Positions 25,520-38,397 of a stretch of 64,000 nt of DNA are shown here, in pieces (position 1 is the first letter of the stretch; every line of letters starts with the position of its first letter). Below the pieces are notes generated by a model that ran no database searches, was not told the DNA's origin, and worked only from the letters and a program-made list of their open reading frames with translations. Both the position numbers and the translations under genes were made by a program. The DNA is from Squalus acanthias (Eukaryota), in contig CM059431.1 in assembly GCA_030390025.1 (NCBI GenBank), forward strand, positions 137,828,001 to 137,892,000, read 5' to 3'.

Positions 25520-26590
25520 GTGACCCAGGGACGTGGGAGTTAATGTCATAGTTCCCTGAAGGTGGCAGGACATATTGAGAGAGTGGTTAGCAATGCCAAT
25601 GTCATAAATAAAGGTATTGAGTACAAAAGTAGAAAAGTTATGCTCAGCCTCTTTGAAGCGCTGGTTAGACCACAACTGGCGTGTTGCATCCAGTTGTGGT
25701 CACCACAGTTTAGGAAGGATATGAAGGACCTTGAGAGAATGCAGAGGAGATTTACCATAATGGTTCCGGGGATGGGGTATCTTAGCTACAAGGACAGTTT
25801 GGAGAAGTTGGATTTGTTTTCATTAGAGCAAAGGAGGTTGAGGGATGATTTGATGGAGATTTACAAGATTATGACGGGTTTGGATAGGCTAGACGGGGAA
25901 AGGCTTATCCCACTAGTTGATGGTACAAGGACTAGGGGACAAAGATTTAAGGTTTTGTGCAAGAGGTACAATGGGGGATGTGAGGAAAAACATTTTTTAT
26001 GCGGCGAGTGGCGAAGACCTGGAATTCGCTGCCGACGAAAGTTGTGGAAGCGGAGACACTCAATGCTTTCACGGGGAGACTGGGTAGGCACTTGATGGAA
26101 TAAACTTGCAGGGCTACGGGGATGGAGCGGGGGAATGGGACTGACTGGATGTTCTACAGAGAGCCGGACTGGACTCGATGGGCCGAATGGCCTCGTTCTG
26201 TGCCGTTATGAATCTATTACTCTATGATTCTATTACTGAAAGGTGAACTAAAAGAGCTCTTCAAAATTATGAATGGATTTCATAAGGTAAACGTAGAGAA
26301 GATGTCTCCACTTGCAGGGTGAGTCCAAAACTAGGGTCCATACATATAAGATAGCCACTCATAAACCCAACAAGGAATTTAGGAGAAACTTCTTAACTAG
26401 AGTGTGGATAGAAGTTGTAACTCGCTATCACAAGGAGTAGCATAGGAAGCGAATAACAAAGATTGATTTAAGGGAAATATATATGAAGGAGAAAGGAATT
26501 GAAGGATATGGTGATAGGGTTAGTAGGGCGGGAGGAGCCTCGTGTGGCCCACAAACACACGAATGGCCTGTTTCTGTACTGAACATTCCA
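25520..26590 (+). mobile_element. Two consecutive CR1 3' fragments
   Basis: EYKSRKVML..LVRPQL..FSLEQRRLRDDL..TRTRG; (attcta)-like tail near 26230; second fragment 26245-26590. Confidence 0.85.
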
Positions 26591-27179
26591 TTTAAAGATT
26601 GTCCTCTTGGAATTTGAAGTCAACCAGTTTCTCAATATAACTCAACATCCTGTTTACATTGTTTATCGCCACTTCAGTGTATTGATTTGATGAACATTGA
26701 ATCATTCGCATTCTGTTGTGATTACTTTAACTGTGAGCGATGATGTACAATGGCCAATTTTGAATTAACCGGCCATTGTATAGCATGCCCGATTTTCCTT
26801 TGCATTGAATCCATGGAAGGTAAAATCTGGCGCCTGTAAATTGAAGAGCAATTGGATATTACCCATTTTACACCTTCACCAAAAGTTAAAATCACCCCTT
26901 AAATCTATTTCAACCAATGCCCTCCGCTCCTGGCGAGTTCTATCCCATGAAAGATATCGAGGTGTTTCAGAATCTTCCACTAGGATGTATTTTGCAATAC
27001 TTCACACTGAACGTCATCTGAACACATTAAACACCGATACACCAATACTGCAAAATCGTTTCTATGCTCTAATTGTTTTAGGTCTATCGCTTAATATGTT
27101 GTGAAGAAGCTATTAATTACTAACTGCCCTTAGCTCTAATTAAATCACAATCCTATTTTCTAATTTCACATCACAATAC

Positions 27180-27355
27180 CTGCATGGCCAGCCCTGTACT
27201 GCTCAAGCTCCCAATTGTCCCGTCCTCTCTCACTTCACTTAGAATCCGCCTCATTATCCACATTAAAGCCTTTGTGATGTCAAGCCGAGATCTGCCTCTT
27301 GGTTGTTGCGAGTGTATCAAACACCTCAGACTAAGTGCCGCGGTGGCCATTGTAT
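27180..27355 (-). CDS. Intrinsic-factor-like gene, exon 5
   Basis: (D)TMATAALSLRCL...ILSEVREDGTIGSLSSTGLAMQ matches the family VDT.A.A.LA..C...G.IGN.YSTGLAMQ pattern. AG/GT, 176 nt, phase 1 to 0. Confidence 0.92.
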
Positions 27356-27834
27356 CTACAACACAGGAAACAATTACCATCGGTTCATGGAATAAATTTG
27401 ACAGGAGGGTCGTTGAATGGAGGACACAGATGTACAATATTGGCAAAAGAATCTGAGGGGAGATGGGGAGTCATTTTTGCTTTTTTACACAGCGAGCTGT
27501 TATAATCTGGAATGCACTGCCTGAACGGGTGATGGAAGCAGATTCAATGGTGACTTTGAAAAGGAAATTTGATATATACTTGATAAGGATACAAATACAG
27601 GGTTATAGCCTATGAGGAAAGAGAAGGGAGAGTGGGATTAATTGGGGAGCTATTTCAAAGAGCCACCACAGGTACGATGGGCCGACAGGCCTCCTTCTAT
27701 AAGTTTAGATGATTCTATGATATCCAAAGCCTCCCATGCACAAGCGATCCGATCACCCATGGATGAAGAGACGCTTCCCAAATTTCCCATCATTTTCCTC
27801 ACAACTGTTGTCCAATGGACTCCCTCCCAGCACT

Positions 27835-28940
27835 CTTCATCAATCGTAACCGGTGAACGCAAGTAACCTCTTTCCGAACTCCATCAAATGGATATCTTCA
27901 CCAATCGTAACCGGTGAACCCAGTAACCTCTTTCGAAACTGCATCAAATGGATATCTTCACCGACCGTAACCCGTGAACCCAGCTAACCTCATTCAAAAC
28001 TCCATCAAATTGATATCTTCACCGACCGTAACCTGTGAACACAGGTAACCTCTTTCAAAACTGCATCAAATGGATATCTTCACCGACCGTAACCTGTGAA
28101 CCCCGGTAACCTCTTTCAGAACTCCATCAAATGAATATCTTCACCAATCGTAACCGGTGAACGCAGGTAACCTCATTCAAAACTCCACCAAATGGATATC
28201 TTCACCAATCGTAACCCGTGAACCCAGGTAACCTCATTCAAAACTCCATCAAATGGATATCTTCACCGACCGTAACCTGTTAACCCAGGTAACCTCTTTC
28301 TATAACTCCATCAAATGGATATCTTCACCGACCGTAACCTGTGAACCCTGGTAACCTCATTCAAAACTCCATCAAATGGATATCTTCATCGACCGTAACC
28401 TCTGAACCCAGGTAACCACTTTCAAAACTCCATCAAATGGATATCTTCACCGACCATAACCTGTGATCCCCGGTAACCTCTTTCGACAAATCCATCAAAT
28501 GGATATCTTCATCGACCGTAACCTGTGAACCCTGGTAACCTCATTGAAAATGCCATCAAATGGATATCTTCACCGACCATAACCTGTGAACCCAGGTGAT
28601 CTCATTCAAAACTCCATCAAATGGATATCTTCACCGACCGTAACCTGTGAACCCAGCTAACCTCTTTCCAAACTCCATCAAATGGATATCTTCACTGACC
28701 GTCACCTGTGAACCCAGATAACCTCTTTCTATAACTCCATCAAATATATATCTTAACCGACCGTAACCTGTGAACCCCGGTAAACTCTTTCAAAACTACA
28801 TCAAATGGATATCTTCACCAACCGTAACCTCTGAACCCCCCGGGTAACCGCTTTCAAAACTCCATCAAATGGATATCTTCACCGACCGTAAACTGTGAAC
28901 CCAGGTAACCTCTTTAAAAACTCCATCAAATGGATATTTT
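27835..28940. repeat. About 61-bp minisatellite, about 18 copies, in intron 4
   Basis: Unit cttcaccgaccgtaacctgtgaacccaggtaacctctttcaaaactccatcaaatggatat. Confidence 0.95.
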
Positions 28941-28980
28941 TGAATCTATAAAATGAAACATCTTGTCTGCTCAGACATAC

Positions 28981-29136
28981 CTACTGTTAATTCTTTCCCG
29001 TGATGAGCGATCTTCCTGAGATGAGCCCGGATGAAATTATGAATGAGAAAGCCCGGGACAGGTTCCTCCTCCTGACACAGCGCCAGGATCGCCAGGCTGG
29101 CTTCAGTAAAGGCCTTTAGAGAATATCCAGCGTTTT
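28981..29136 (-). CDS. Intrinsic-factor-like gene, exon 4
   Basis: (E)NAGYSLKAFTEASLAILALCQ...HHGKELTV. AG/GTATGT, 156 nt, phase 1 to 1. SLAILALC matches the family motif. Confidence 0.88.
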
Positions 29137-29544
29137 CTGTAAATACAGTGACAGTCTCCAATCTTAGTGATATGCTCCACATCTGACAAACGGGAGCTAC
29201 AGATATGAGAATTCCTCACTAGTTCGTCCCCGATCCTCTCTGTGTGCCAGAAATCAGGCCAAGGATTTAAATGAATAAATAGAATTGGTGTAGAATTTAC
29301 AGCACAGAAGGAGGCTATTCGGCCCAACAGGTCTAATTATGCTCCACATGAGCCTCCTCCTACCTTACTTCATCTCAGTCGAGCAACTTATTCATTTCTC
29401 CCTCATGAACTTGTCTAACTTCGCCTTAAATACATCTATACAATTCGCCTCAACTTCTCATGTGTTAGCAATTTCCACATTCTCGCCACTCTTCGGGAAA
29501 ATAAGTTTCTCCTGAATCCCCCATTGTTTTTTAGTAGTGACTCT

Positions 29545-30122
29545 ACAGCGGACTAATGCTCTCCGGCATGGCTATCAAGTACACATGACAAATCCGATGA
29601 TGTCCAGCTGAATTCTACTATGAGAATTATCACCAGTACGCTTTTATCGACACCAACACCTTGGCTGCCCGTCCTTGCAAACATCACACCACCACACCTA
29701 AGCCGCGAATATGCAGTGTCCATAGAATACAACCGCTACACCAGCAAAGACATGCCAATCCAGGCCGTCTTGAACAATCTAGCACCAAACCGTCTCTAAT
29801 CTAGAAGGCTATATTGGACCGTCGCCAAAGCCCTTCAGCGATCTCCCCTCAGCCTTGATGACTGATCGCGAAATGCTTGGAAGCATTGTGACGTACGGAA
29901 TGGATTGCTTATAGAGGATCCCAGAGTACAACCTGAAGGATCGAACCTTCCTCGCAAACAGTGGACAACCATCAACCGCCTCAGAACTGGTCAAGTAGAT
30001 GCTGCCACCTTCTAATTAGATGGAAGATTAAAACATCCCCATCATGAGACAGACTGTGAAGCTCCTAATCAGACCCTGGAGAACAGCATTGAGCACTGCT
30101 CTCAGAGGAAATTCGTAGGCAG
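29545..30122 (+). mobile_element. Vingi/Ingi-like (I-group) LINE, C-terminal relic
   Basis: DPRVQPEGSNLPRKQWTTINRLRTGQ...RWKIKTSPS..DCEAPNQTLE..IEHC, the degenerate CCHC terminus recalled for Vingi. Confidence 0.7.
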
Positions 30123-30597
30123 CATAAATAAGAATATAAGAAATAGGAGCAGGATTAGACCATTTGGTTCTTCGAGCCTGCTCCACAATTCAATAAGATT
30201 TTTGCTGTACATCTACCTCATCTCAACTTTCCTGCATTATCCCCATATCTCTTGATTCCCTTAATATTCAAACATCTATCGATCTCTGTCTTGAATGTAC
30301 TCAACGACTCAGCCAATTCCAAAGATTGGCCACCCTCTGAGTGAAGACATTTCTTCTCATTTCAGTCCTAAATGGCAGACCCCTTATTTTGAGACTGTGA
30401 CCCCTGGTTCTGGACTCCCCAGCCAGGGGAAACATCCTCCCTACATCTACCCAGTCAAGCCCTGTAAGAATGTTGTATGTTTCAATTAGATCATCTCTCA
30501 TTCTTCTAAACTCTAGAGAATATTGGCCTAGTCTAGTCAATCAGAGCTCATAGGACAATCCCCCCATCCCAGGAACCAGTCTGGTGAACCTTCGTTG
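30123..30597 (-). mobile_element. CR1 3' fragment, antisense
   Basis: YSLEFRRMRDDLIETY..ESRTRGHSLKIRG; tail at 30125-30150. Confidence 0.9.
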
Positions 30598-31047
30598 TAA
30601 GAAAAACACGCTGTTATACTGAAATTTTTGGCATAGATATCTGATTTAGATATTGACATTGGATTTGCTTTGCTACTACCATACGAAAGAAGAAGTATCG
30701 ACTAGCTTATATTTATGGTCCCTAATTATAATCTCCTCTACAAGTGGAAACATCTGCTCTACTTCTACCCTGTAGAAACACTTCATCATTTTAAAGGGCT
30801 CTGTTAGCTCACTTCTCAATCATCTCTTTTCCAGATGAAAGAGCCCCAGCGAGTCCAGCCTTTCTTGATAAATAACATAGATAATAATAGATGAATAAAT
30901 ACATGCTACAAGGGTTTTATTTCACGGATATAATCATAAAGCATTGCCTTTATAAAACAGGAGTCATCATTCCAATTCCCTTTAGGCCTGGAGTCAATTG
31001 GTTCTTTTAAAAAGTGCTGGATAAATATTTGCACTTTAATGTGTTTG

Positions 31048-34000
31048 AAGGTTATGGGGAGAGATACAAACTGTGAGAGTAATTCTATTGGTGTTTACAG
31101 GGACATGTATGAACTGAGAAGGCAGTGGGATTGGAGGTTATGGGGAGAGATACAAACTGTGAAAGTAATTCTATTGGTGTTTACAGGGACAGTTATGAAC
31201 TGAGAAGGCAGTGGGATTGGAGGTTATGGGGAGCCGCCGACTGTTATGGGAATAGAACTGGAAATTGTTGCGATTAAAGCAGAATGTGGTGAGAATGAGG
31301 CTGGAGGTTATGGCGGGAGATACAGATTGGGTGTGATTGGAGGTTATAGGGACAGGTACAGACTGAGATGTGAGTGTGATTGGAGGTTAGAGGGACAGGT
31401 ACAGACTGAGATGGGAGTGTGATTGGAGGTTATAGGGACAGGTACAGAATGAGATGTGAGTGTGATTGGAGGTTATAGGGACAGGTACAGACTGAGATGT
31501 GAGTGTGATTGGATGTTATAGGGAAAGGTACAGACTGAGATGTGAGTGTGATTGGATGTTAAAGCGACAGGTACAGACTGAGATGTGAGTGTGATTGGAT
31601 GTTAAAGCGACAGGTACAGACTGAGATGTGAGTGTGATTGGATGTTATAGCGAAAGTTACAGACTGAGATGTGAGCGTGATTGGATGTTATAGCGACAGT
31701 TATAGACTGAGATGTGAGTGTGATTGGATGTTATAGCGACAGTTATAGACTGAGATGTGAGTGTGATTGCAGGTTATAGGGACTGGTACAGTCTGAGATG
31801 TGAGTGTGATTGGAGGTTATAGGGACAGGTACAGACTGAGATGGGAGTGTGATTCCTGGTTATGGAGAGAGGTACAGACTGAGATGTGAGTGTGATTGGA
31901 GGTTATGTAGAGAGGTATAGACTGAGAAGTGAGTGTGATTGGAGGTTATGGGGACAGGTACAGACTGAGATGGGAGTGTGATTCCTGGTTATGTAGAGAG
32001 GTACAGACTGAGATGTGAGTCTAATTGGAGGTTATGTAGAGAGGTATGGACTGAGATGTGAGTGTGATTGGAGGTTATGGGGAGAGGTACAGACTGAGAT
32101 GTGAGTCTGATTGGAGGTTATAGGGACAGGTACAGACTGAGATGTGAGTGTGATTAGATAAACATAATTTAATAGGACATAGTCAGCATGGCTTTATGAA
32201 GGGGAAGTCATGTCTGACAAATTTGCTTGAGTTCTTTGAGGACATAAAGTACAGGGTGGATAAAGGGGAACCAATGGACGTAGTGTATTTAGACTTCTAG
32301 AAGGCATTCGACAAGGTGCCACATAAAAGATTATTGCTCAAGATAAAAAATCACTGGATTGGGGGGAATATTCTGGCATGGGTGGAGGATTGGTTATCTA
32401 ACAGGAAGCAGAGAGTTGGGATAAATGGTTCATTCTCGGACTGGCAACCAGTAGCCAGTGGTGTTCCGCAGGGGTCGGTGCTGGGTCCCCAACTCTTTAC
32501 AGTCTATATTAACGATTTGGAGGAGGGGACAGAGTGTAACATATCAAAGTTTGCAGATGATACAAAGATGGGAGGGAAAGTAGAAAGTGAGGAGGACATA
32601 AAAAACCTACAAGGGGATATAGACAAGCTGGGTGAGTGGGCGGAGATTTGGCAGATGCAACACAATATTGGAAAATGTGAGGTTATGCACTTTGGCAGGA
32701 AAAATCAGAGAGCAAGTTATTATCTTAATGGCGAGAAACTGGAAAGTACTGCAGTACAAAGGGATCTGGGGGTCCTAGTGCAAGAAAATCAAAAAGTTAG
32801 TATGCAGGTGCAGCAGGTGATCAAGAAGGCCAACGGAATGTTGGCTTTTATTGCTAGGGGGATAGATTATAAAAACAGGGAGGTATTGCTGCAGTTATAT
32901 AAGGTATTGGTGAGACCACATCTGGAATACTGCATACAGTTTTGGTGTCCATACTTAAGAAAAGACATACTTGCTCTCGAGGCAGTGCAAAGAAGGTTCA
33001 CTCGGTTGGTCCCCGGGATGAGGGGGTTGACATATGAGGAGAGGTTGAGTAGATTGGGACTCTACTCATTGGAGTTCAGAAGAGTGAGAGGCGATCTTAT
33101 TGAAACATATAAGATTGTGAAGGGGCTTGATCGGGTGGATGCGGTAAGGATGTTCCCAAGGATGGGTGAAACTAGAACTAGGGGGCATAATCTTAGAATA
33201 AAGGGCTGCTCTTTCAAAACTGAGATGAGGAGAAACTTCTTCACTCAGAGAGTAGTAGGTCTGTGGAATTTGCTGCCCCAGGAAGCTGTGGAAGCTACAT
33301 CATTAAATAAATTTAAAATAGAAATAGACAGTTTCCTAGAAGTAAAGGGCTTTAGGGGTTACGGGGAGCGGGCAGGAAATTGGACATGAGGCTGAGTTCG
33401 GATCGGTCGAAGCCCTGTAGGTGGCGTTGCGGGCCCAGGGGCTGAGTGGCCGGGTCCTGCTCCTACTTCTTGTGTTCTTTAGATTTGAGGTGAGGATCAG
33501 ATCAGCCATGATCTTATTGAATGGCGGAGCAGGCTCGAAGGGCCGATTGGCCTTCTCCTGCTCCTATTTCTTATGTTCTTATGTGATTGGAGGTTATAGG
33601 GACAGGTACAGTCTGAGATGTGAGTGTGATTGGAGGTTATGGGGACAGGTACAGACTGAGATGGGAGTGTGATTGGAGGTTATAGGGACATGTACAGTCT
33701 GAGATGTGAGTGTGATTGGAGGTTATGGAGAGAGGTACAGACTGAGATGGGAGTGTGATTCCTGGTTATGGAGAGATTTACAGACTGAGATGTGAGTGTG
33801 ATTCCTGGTTATGGAGAGATGTACAGACTGAGATGGGAGTGTGATTCCTGGTTATGGAGAGAGGTACAGACTGAGATGGGAGTGTGATTGGAGGTTATGG
33901 GGACAGGTACAGACTGAGATGGGAGTGTGATTGGAGGTTATGGAGAGAGGTACAGACAGAGATGTGAGTGTGATTGGAGGTTATGGAGAGAGGTACAGAC

Positions 34001-34922
34001 TGAGATGGGATTGTGATTGGAGGTTATAGGGTCTGGTACAGACTGAGATGGGAGTGTGATTGGAGGTTATAGGGACAGGTACAGACTGAGATGTGAGTGT
34101 GATTGGAGGTTATAGGGTCTGGTACAGACTGAGATGGGAGTGTGATTGGAGGTTATAGGGACAGGTACAGACTGAGATGTGAGTGTGATTGGAGGTTACG
34201 GGGACAGGTACAGAATGAGATGTTAGTGTGATTGGAGGTTATGTAGAGAGGTATGGAATGAGATGTGAGTGTGATTGCTGGTTACGGGGACAGGTATAGA
34301 CTGAGATGTGACTGTGATTGAAGGTTATGGAGAGAGGTACAGACTGAGGTGTGAGTGTGATTGGAGGTTATGGGGACAGGTACAGACTGAGATGTGAGTG
34401 TGATTCCTGGTTATGGAGAGAGGTACAGACTGAGATGTGAGTTTGATTGCTGGTTATGGGGACAGGTACAGATTGAGATGTGCCTGTGATTGGAGTTTAT
34501 GGAGAGAGGTACAGTCTGCGATGTGAGTGTGATTGGAGGTTATGTAGAGAGGTATGGACTGAGATGTGAGTGTGATTGCTGGATATGGAAAGAGGTACAG
34601 ACTGAGATGTGAGTGTGATTCCTGTTTATGGAGAGAGGTACAGTCTGAGATGTGAGTATGATTGGAGGTTATGGAGAGAGGTACAGACTGAGATGTGAGT
34701 GTGATTCCTGGTTATGGGGAGAGGTACAGATTGAGATGTGAGTGTGATTCCTGGTTATGGAGACAGGTACAGACTGAGATGTGAGTGTGATTGGAGGTTA
34801 TGGAGAGAGTTACAGACTGAGATGGGAGTGTGATTGGAGGTTATGGAGACATGTACAGACTGAGATGTGAGTGTGATTGGAGGTTATGGAGAGAGGTACA
34901 GACTGAGATGTGACTGTGATTG
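31048..34922. repeat. 43-bp minisatellite in intron 3, split by a CR1
   Basis: Unit tacagactgagatgtgagtgtgattggaggttatagggacagg; preceded by two copies of about 85 bp at 31048-31232. Confidence 0.95.
32156..33581 (+). mobile_element. Young 5'-truncated CR1 inserted in the minisatellite
   Basis: 357-aa open RT C-terminal half (one stop near 32298); (ttcttatg)n tail; flanking duplication tgtgatt at 32149-32155 and 33582-33588. Confidence 0.95.
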
Positions 34923-35004
34923 GTGGTTTTCAGCTTGTGTTTGCTGAAAGATGCATCTCAATCTCTGTGCAATTAACATGCCTAAAGCATGAGTCGAAAC
35001 TTAC

Positions 35005-35175
35005 CTTTAGAAGTTGTTATCCTAGGTATTTGATGCAGCTCACTGTAGAGCCTCTCACGTAGCACCTCCACCAAATTCACCTCCTTGTTCTCTGCTGATA
35101 TATTGGCTGAGTTCCGACAAGAGGATCTGAAGGCTAAGATGTAGAAAACCAACTGGTCTATGTGGAAGTCTTCAC
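35005..35175 (-). CDS. Intrinsic-factor-like gene, exon 3 (not in the ORF track)
   Basis: (G)EDFHIDQLVFYILAFRSSCRNSANISAENKEVNLVEVLRERLYSELHQIPRITTSK matches family GQLALYILALRSSC. AG/GTAAGT, 171 nt, phase 1 to 1. Confidence 0.9.
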
Positions 35176-36174
35176 CTGGCGGCAGAGGAACAAACGAGAT
35201 TCAGTTTGTTCTGACTGGGTCCATCAATACCTAACTGGTTAGTGATTATAAATCCCTCCTCTACACTCTGAAGACTTGTATTAATATTCCACCTCATTTT
35301 AACTCTCAAAAACAACTCAAAGTGCTTCACGTGTAATACATTATTTGAAGTGCAGACACCCTTGTTATATCGACCAATTCTGGAGCCATTTTGTGGACAG
35401 CAATATCCCACAAACAGCAAAGAAGTGAATAGCCAGGTAACCAGTTCTAAATTCTTAACCAGCGACACGGAACATGCATTAACTGGAATTGTATCTCATT
35501 GGTACTTGTGGCATCTTGTGTCCAATTGGTTGTCGAGGTTGTCTATGAAAGAAGAGTGGCTGCATTTCATTGGCTGTGAAACAAATGCACGATAGAAATG
35601 GAAGTTTCTCCCCCTTCACTCTCCTTCTCTCTTTAAACTACTTTGGGTGTTAGCTGGGGAATAAATGTTGGCCAAGACCCTGGCAGCACTCTCCATTCTG
35701 TTCCAATAAAGGCGTGTCATCTTCAAATTCCACAAGAAAAGATTCAGGGGATAATTTTAGATTTAGACGATGTTGTAAAATAGGCGACTCCGATTAGGCC
35801 GCCGATTAAAGATCCCGCCCGATTTTCACCTCCATTGGAAAGGAAAATCAAGCGTGGTGTAAAAGGGCAGCTAATGCAATTTCGAGCAGGGGACAGTGTA
35901 ATGATTTCTGATTTCAAAACAACGAGAGAGCAAGAAGCAGAACCACCGTGCAGGATGGGGGATATAGGGTTTAGGTGGAAGAACATCGGAATGTTTAGAG
36001 CTGCGAAATAATTTCCATCATATTATCATGAACAAAGGTGGTGCAATAAATGTCAGCTCGGCGCATTCACCTGAGGGGAGAATTCCAGCGAGAAGTCTCC
36101 CTCCCTCCCTCTCTTCATCTTCCTCTGTATGTGTCTGTTTCCCTCTTTCTCCATCTCACTCTTTCTCTTTCTCA

Positions 36175-36175
36175 A

Positions 36176-36212
<37 letters not shown>

Positions 36213-36432
36213 GACTCGGATATATATGCACACACATACACATATAAATACATACATACACGTATACACACACAGAAACACATATGCATACAGAAGCAGA
36301 GACACACAGAAACGCAGAGACATACATACACACACACAATCGCAAAGAAACCCACAGAACGATATACACAAAGAAACATGGAAACACACACACACATAAA
36401 CATATACACACAAACACACGCAAACATATACA
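36175..36432. repeat. Degenerate (CA)n/(TA)n microsatellite
   Basis: Directly visible. Confidence 0.9.
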
Positions 36433-37113
36433 GAAACTTCAATGGCACATTGCTGCAAGTTAATCCCTGGGATCTTGATTCAAATGGTTGTGAAATTGTA
36501 GACTGTAATAAAGTGAACTGCACTGGGGAAAAGATGTAGAATTGCATGAGGTGTGTCAACTTTCAACATTGGCTCTCATAAAATAGGCGCCATCGACAGT
36601 CATATTAGTTGCTATTTTTAAATTACCCTGTTTATTTTAAATGGACGAAATCCTCTATTCGGAACATTGGAATTGCTGGGGCGACTAAAGACCAAGGTGC
36701 ATCTAATTCTTCTTCTACTATCCTTGTAGTCATGACAATGGGGTTGTTGTATAATCATAGTAATCAGTCTCTATAAATTAGTTTGCAACAGACACAGACA
36801 CGAGGCGAGGAACACCCGGTGGTGGAGAGCTTTGTGAACCATAGGACCAAAATCACCTGTTCCTCCCAAGCACGCTACACTGACCATGTGTAAAGTCTCA
36901 AATTACACTTATACTCTATCCCAAATGCTACGTTTTGATGTCAAACAAAGCAATACGACATGAACGGGCTAGAAGTTGGGTCACTATTATCATGGGACCA
37001 TTCCTAGGTTCCAATTTCCTTCATTAACAATAGTTTGCCAGCCACTCATCCTGTCAACAGTAATAAAGATTTAATCCAGATACATCCACATTACCTAATA
37101 GTTGACTCCTTAC

Positions 37114-37296
37114 CTACCCCCACCTTTCTAACAGCCGCCTCACTCAGCCTCCGGAGAATGTCTTGTTCACTCTGCAGATCATGCTCACTCCCCAGGCGCA
37201 GGGCAATGAAAGCCCCGGGGTCTGGCTCCACGGACAGATCACTCAGTTTCCTCTCTATACTCCGGAGAAGTGATTTCTGCTGATTATCTGGAGCCG
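37114..37296 (-). CDS. Intrinsic-factor-like gene, exon 2
   Basis: (T)APDNQQKSLLRSIERKL...PDPGAFIALRLGSEHDLQSEQDILRRL resembles family NPS..IALRL. AG/GTAAGG, 183 nt, phase 1 to 1. Confidence 0.9.
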
Positions 37297-37439
37297 CTGG
37301 AATCCACAACCCAATTATTAATCCACTCGCGTGTAATGAACATTAAGATAGCAGTAACACTTAAAGAGCTTGAGGATAATCAGAAGCAACATGTGGCCGG
37401 TGAACACAACATATGAACATACAGTAAGAACATGTATTG

Positions 37440-38318
37440 TAGTAAACAGTGAGGAGGATAGTAGCAGACTTCAGGAGGACACAGACATACTGGGGCAATA
37501 GGCAGTCACATTGTAGATGACATTCAATGCAGAGAAATCTGAAATGGTGCATTTTGAATGAAGAATGAGGAGAGGTAAGAAAACCACAGATTACAAGTGT
37601 ATTCGAGGCGCAGGAAGAGAGAGACCTCGGGTTCACGTTCACAAATCTTTGAAGGTGGAAGGACTTATTGACAAATCTTTAAAAAAATGACGGGATCCTT
37701 GGCTTTCCAAATAGAGGCACAGAGTAGAAGAACAAAGAATTTGTGGCAAACATTTTTAAATCCTTAGTCATGCCTCAGTTAGTGCATTGTGTCCAATTCT
37801 GGGCAACACACTTTAGTCAAGGCCTTGGAGAGGGGGCAGAGGAGATTTACCAGAATGGTAGCAGCGATGAGGGACTTCAGTTATGTGGAGAGACTAGACA
37901 AGCTGGGGTTGTTCTCCTTAGAGCAGTGAGCATTAAAGCGAGATTTAATAGAGGTGATCAATATTATGGAGGTGTTTGATAGAGTAAATAAGGAGAAACT
38001 TCTTCCACTGGCAGGAGCATGGCGATCACACAGATTTAAGGTAATTGGCAAAAGAACCAGAGGGTAAATTAGGATATTTTTTGAATGCAGCGATGTTGTT
38101 GCTGTCTGGAATGCACTCCCTGAAACGGTGCTGGAAGCATCTTCTATAGTAACTGTCAAAAGGGGCTTGGATGTGTTCTTGAGGGGAGAAAAATGCAGGG
38201 CCTGGGGAAAGAGCAGGGTGGGTGGTTACTCTTTCAAAGAGCAGGCAGAGGTACGATGGGCCGAATGGGCTCCTTCTGTACTATAAGATTCTAAGTTTCT
38301 ATAATTCTATGATTCTAA
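37440..38318 (+). mobile_element. Old CR1 3' fragment
   Basis: Degenerate RT C-terminus and (attctatg)-like tail. Confidence 0.8.
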
Positions 38319-38397
38319 ATTATGATAAAAACTCAGCTAAACGATAAACATCAGGTTTAGATTAAACATTGGGCACTAAACAACAAATCGCACTTAC

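Noticed and set aside
27835..28940. CRISPR-like appearance of the 61-bp array (also the 43- and 39-bp arrays)
   Set aside because: Whole units repeat with no unique spacers, there are no cas genes, and the context is vertebrate.
36028..36559. His/Thr- and Cys/Val-rich ORFs
   Set aside because: Translations of a (CA)n microsatellite.
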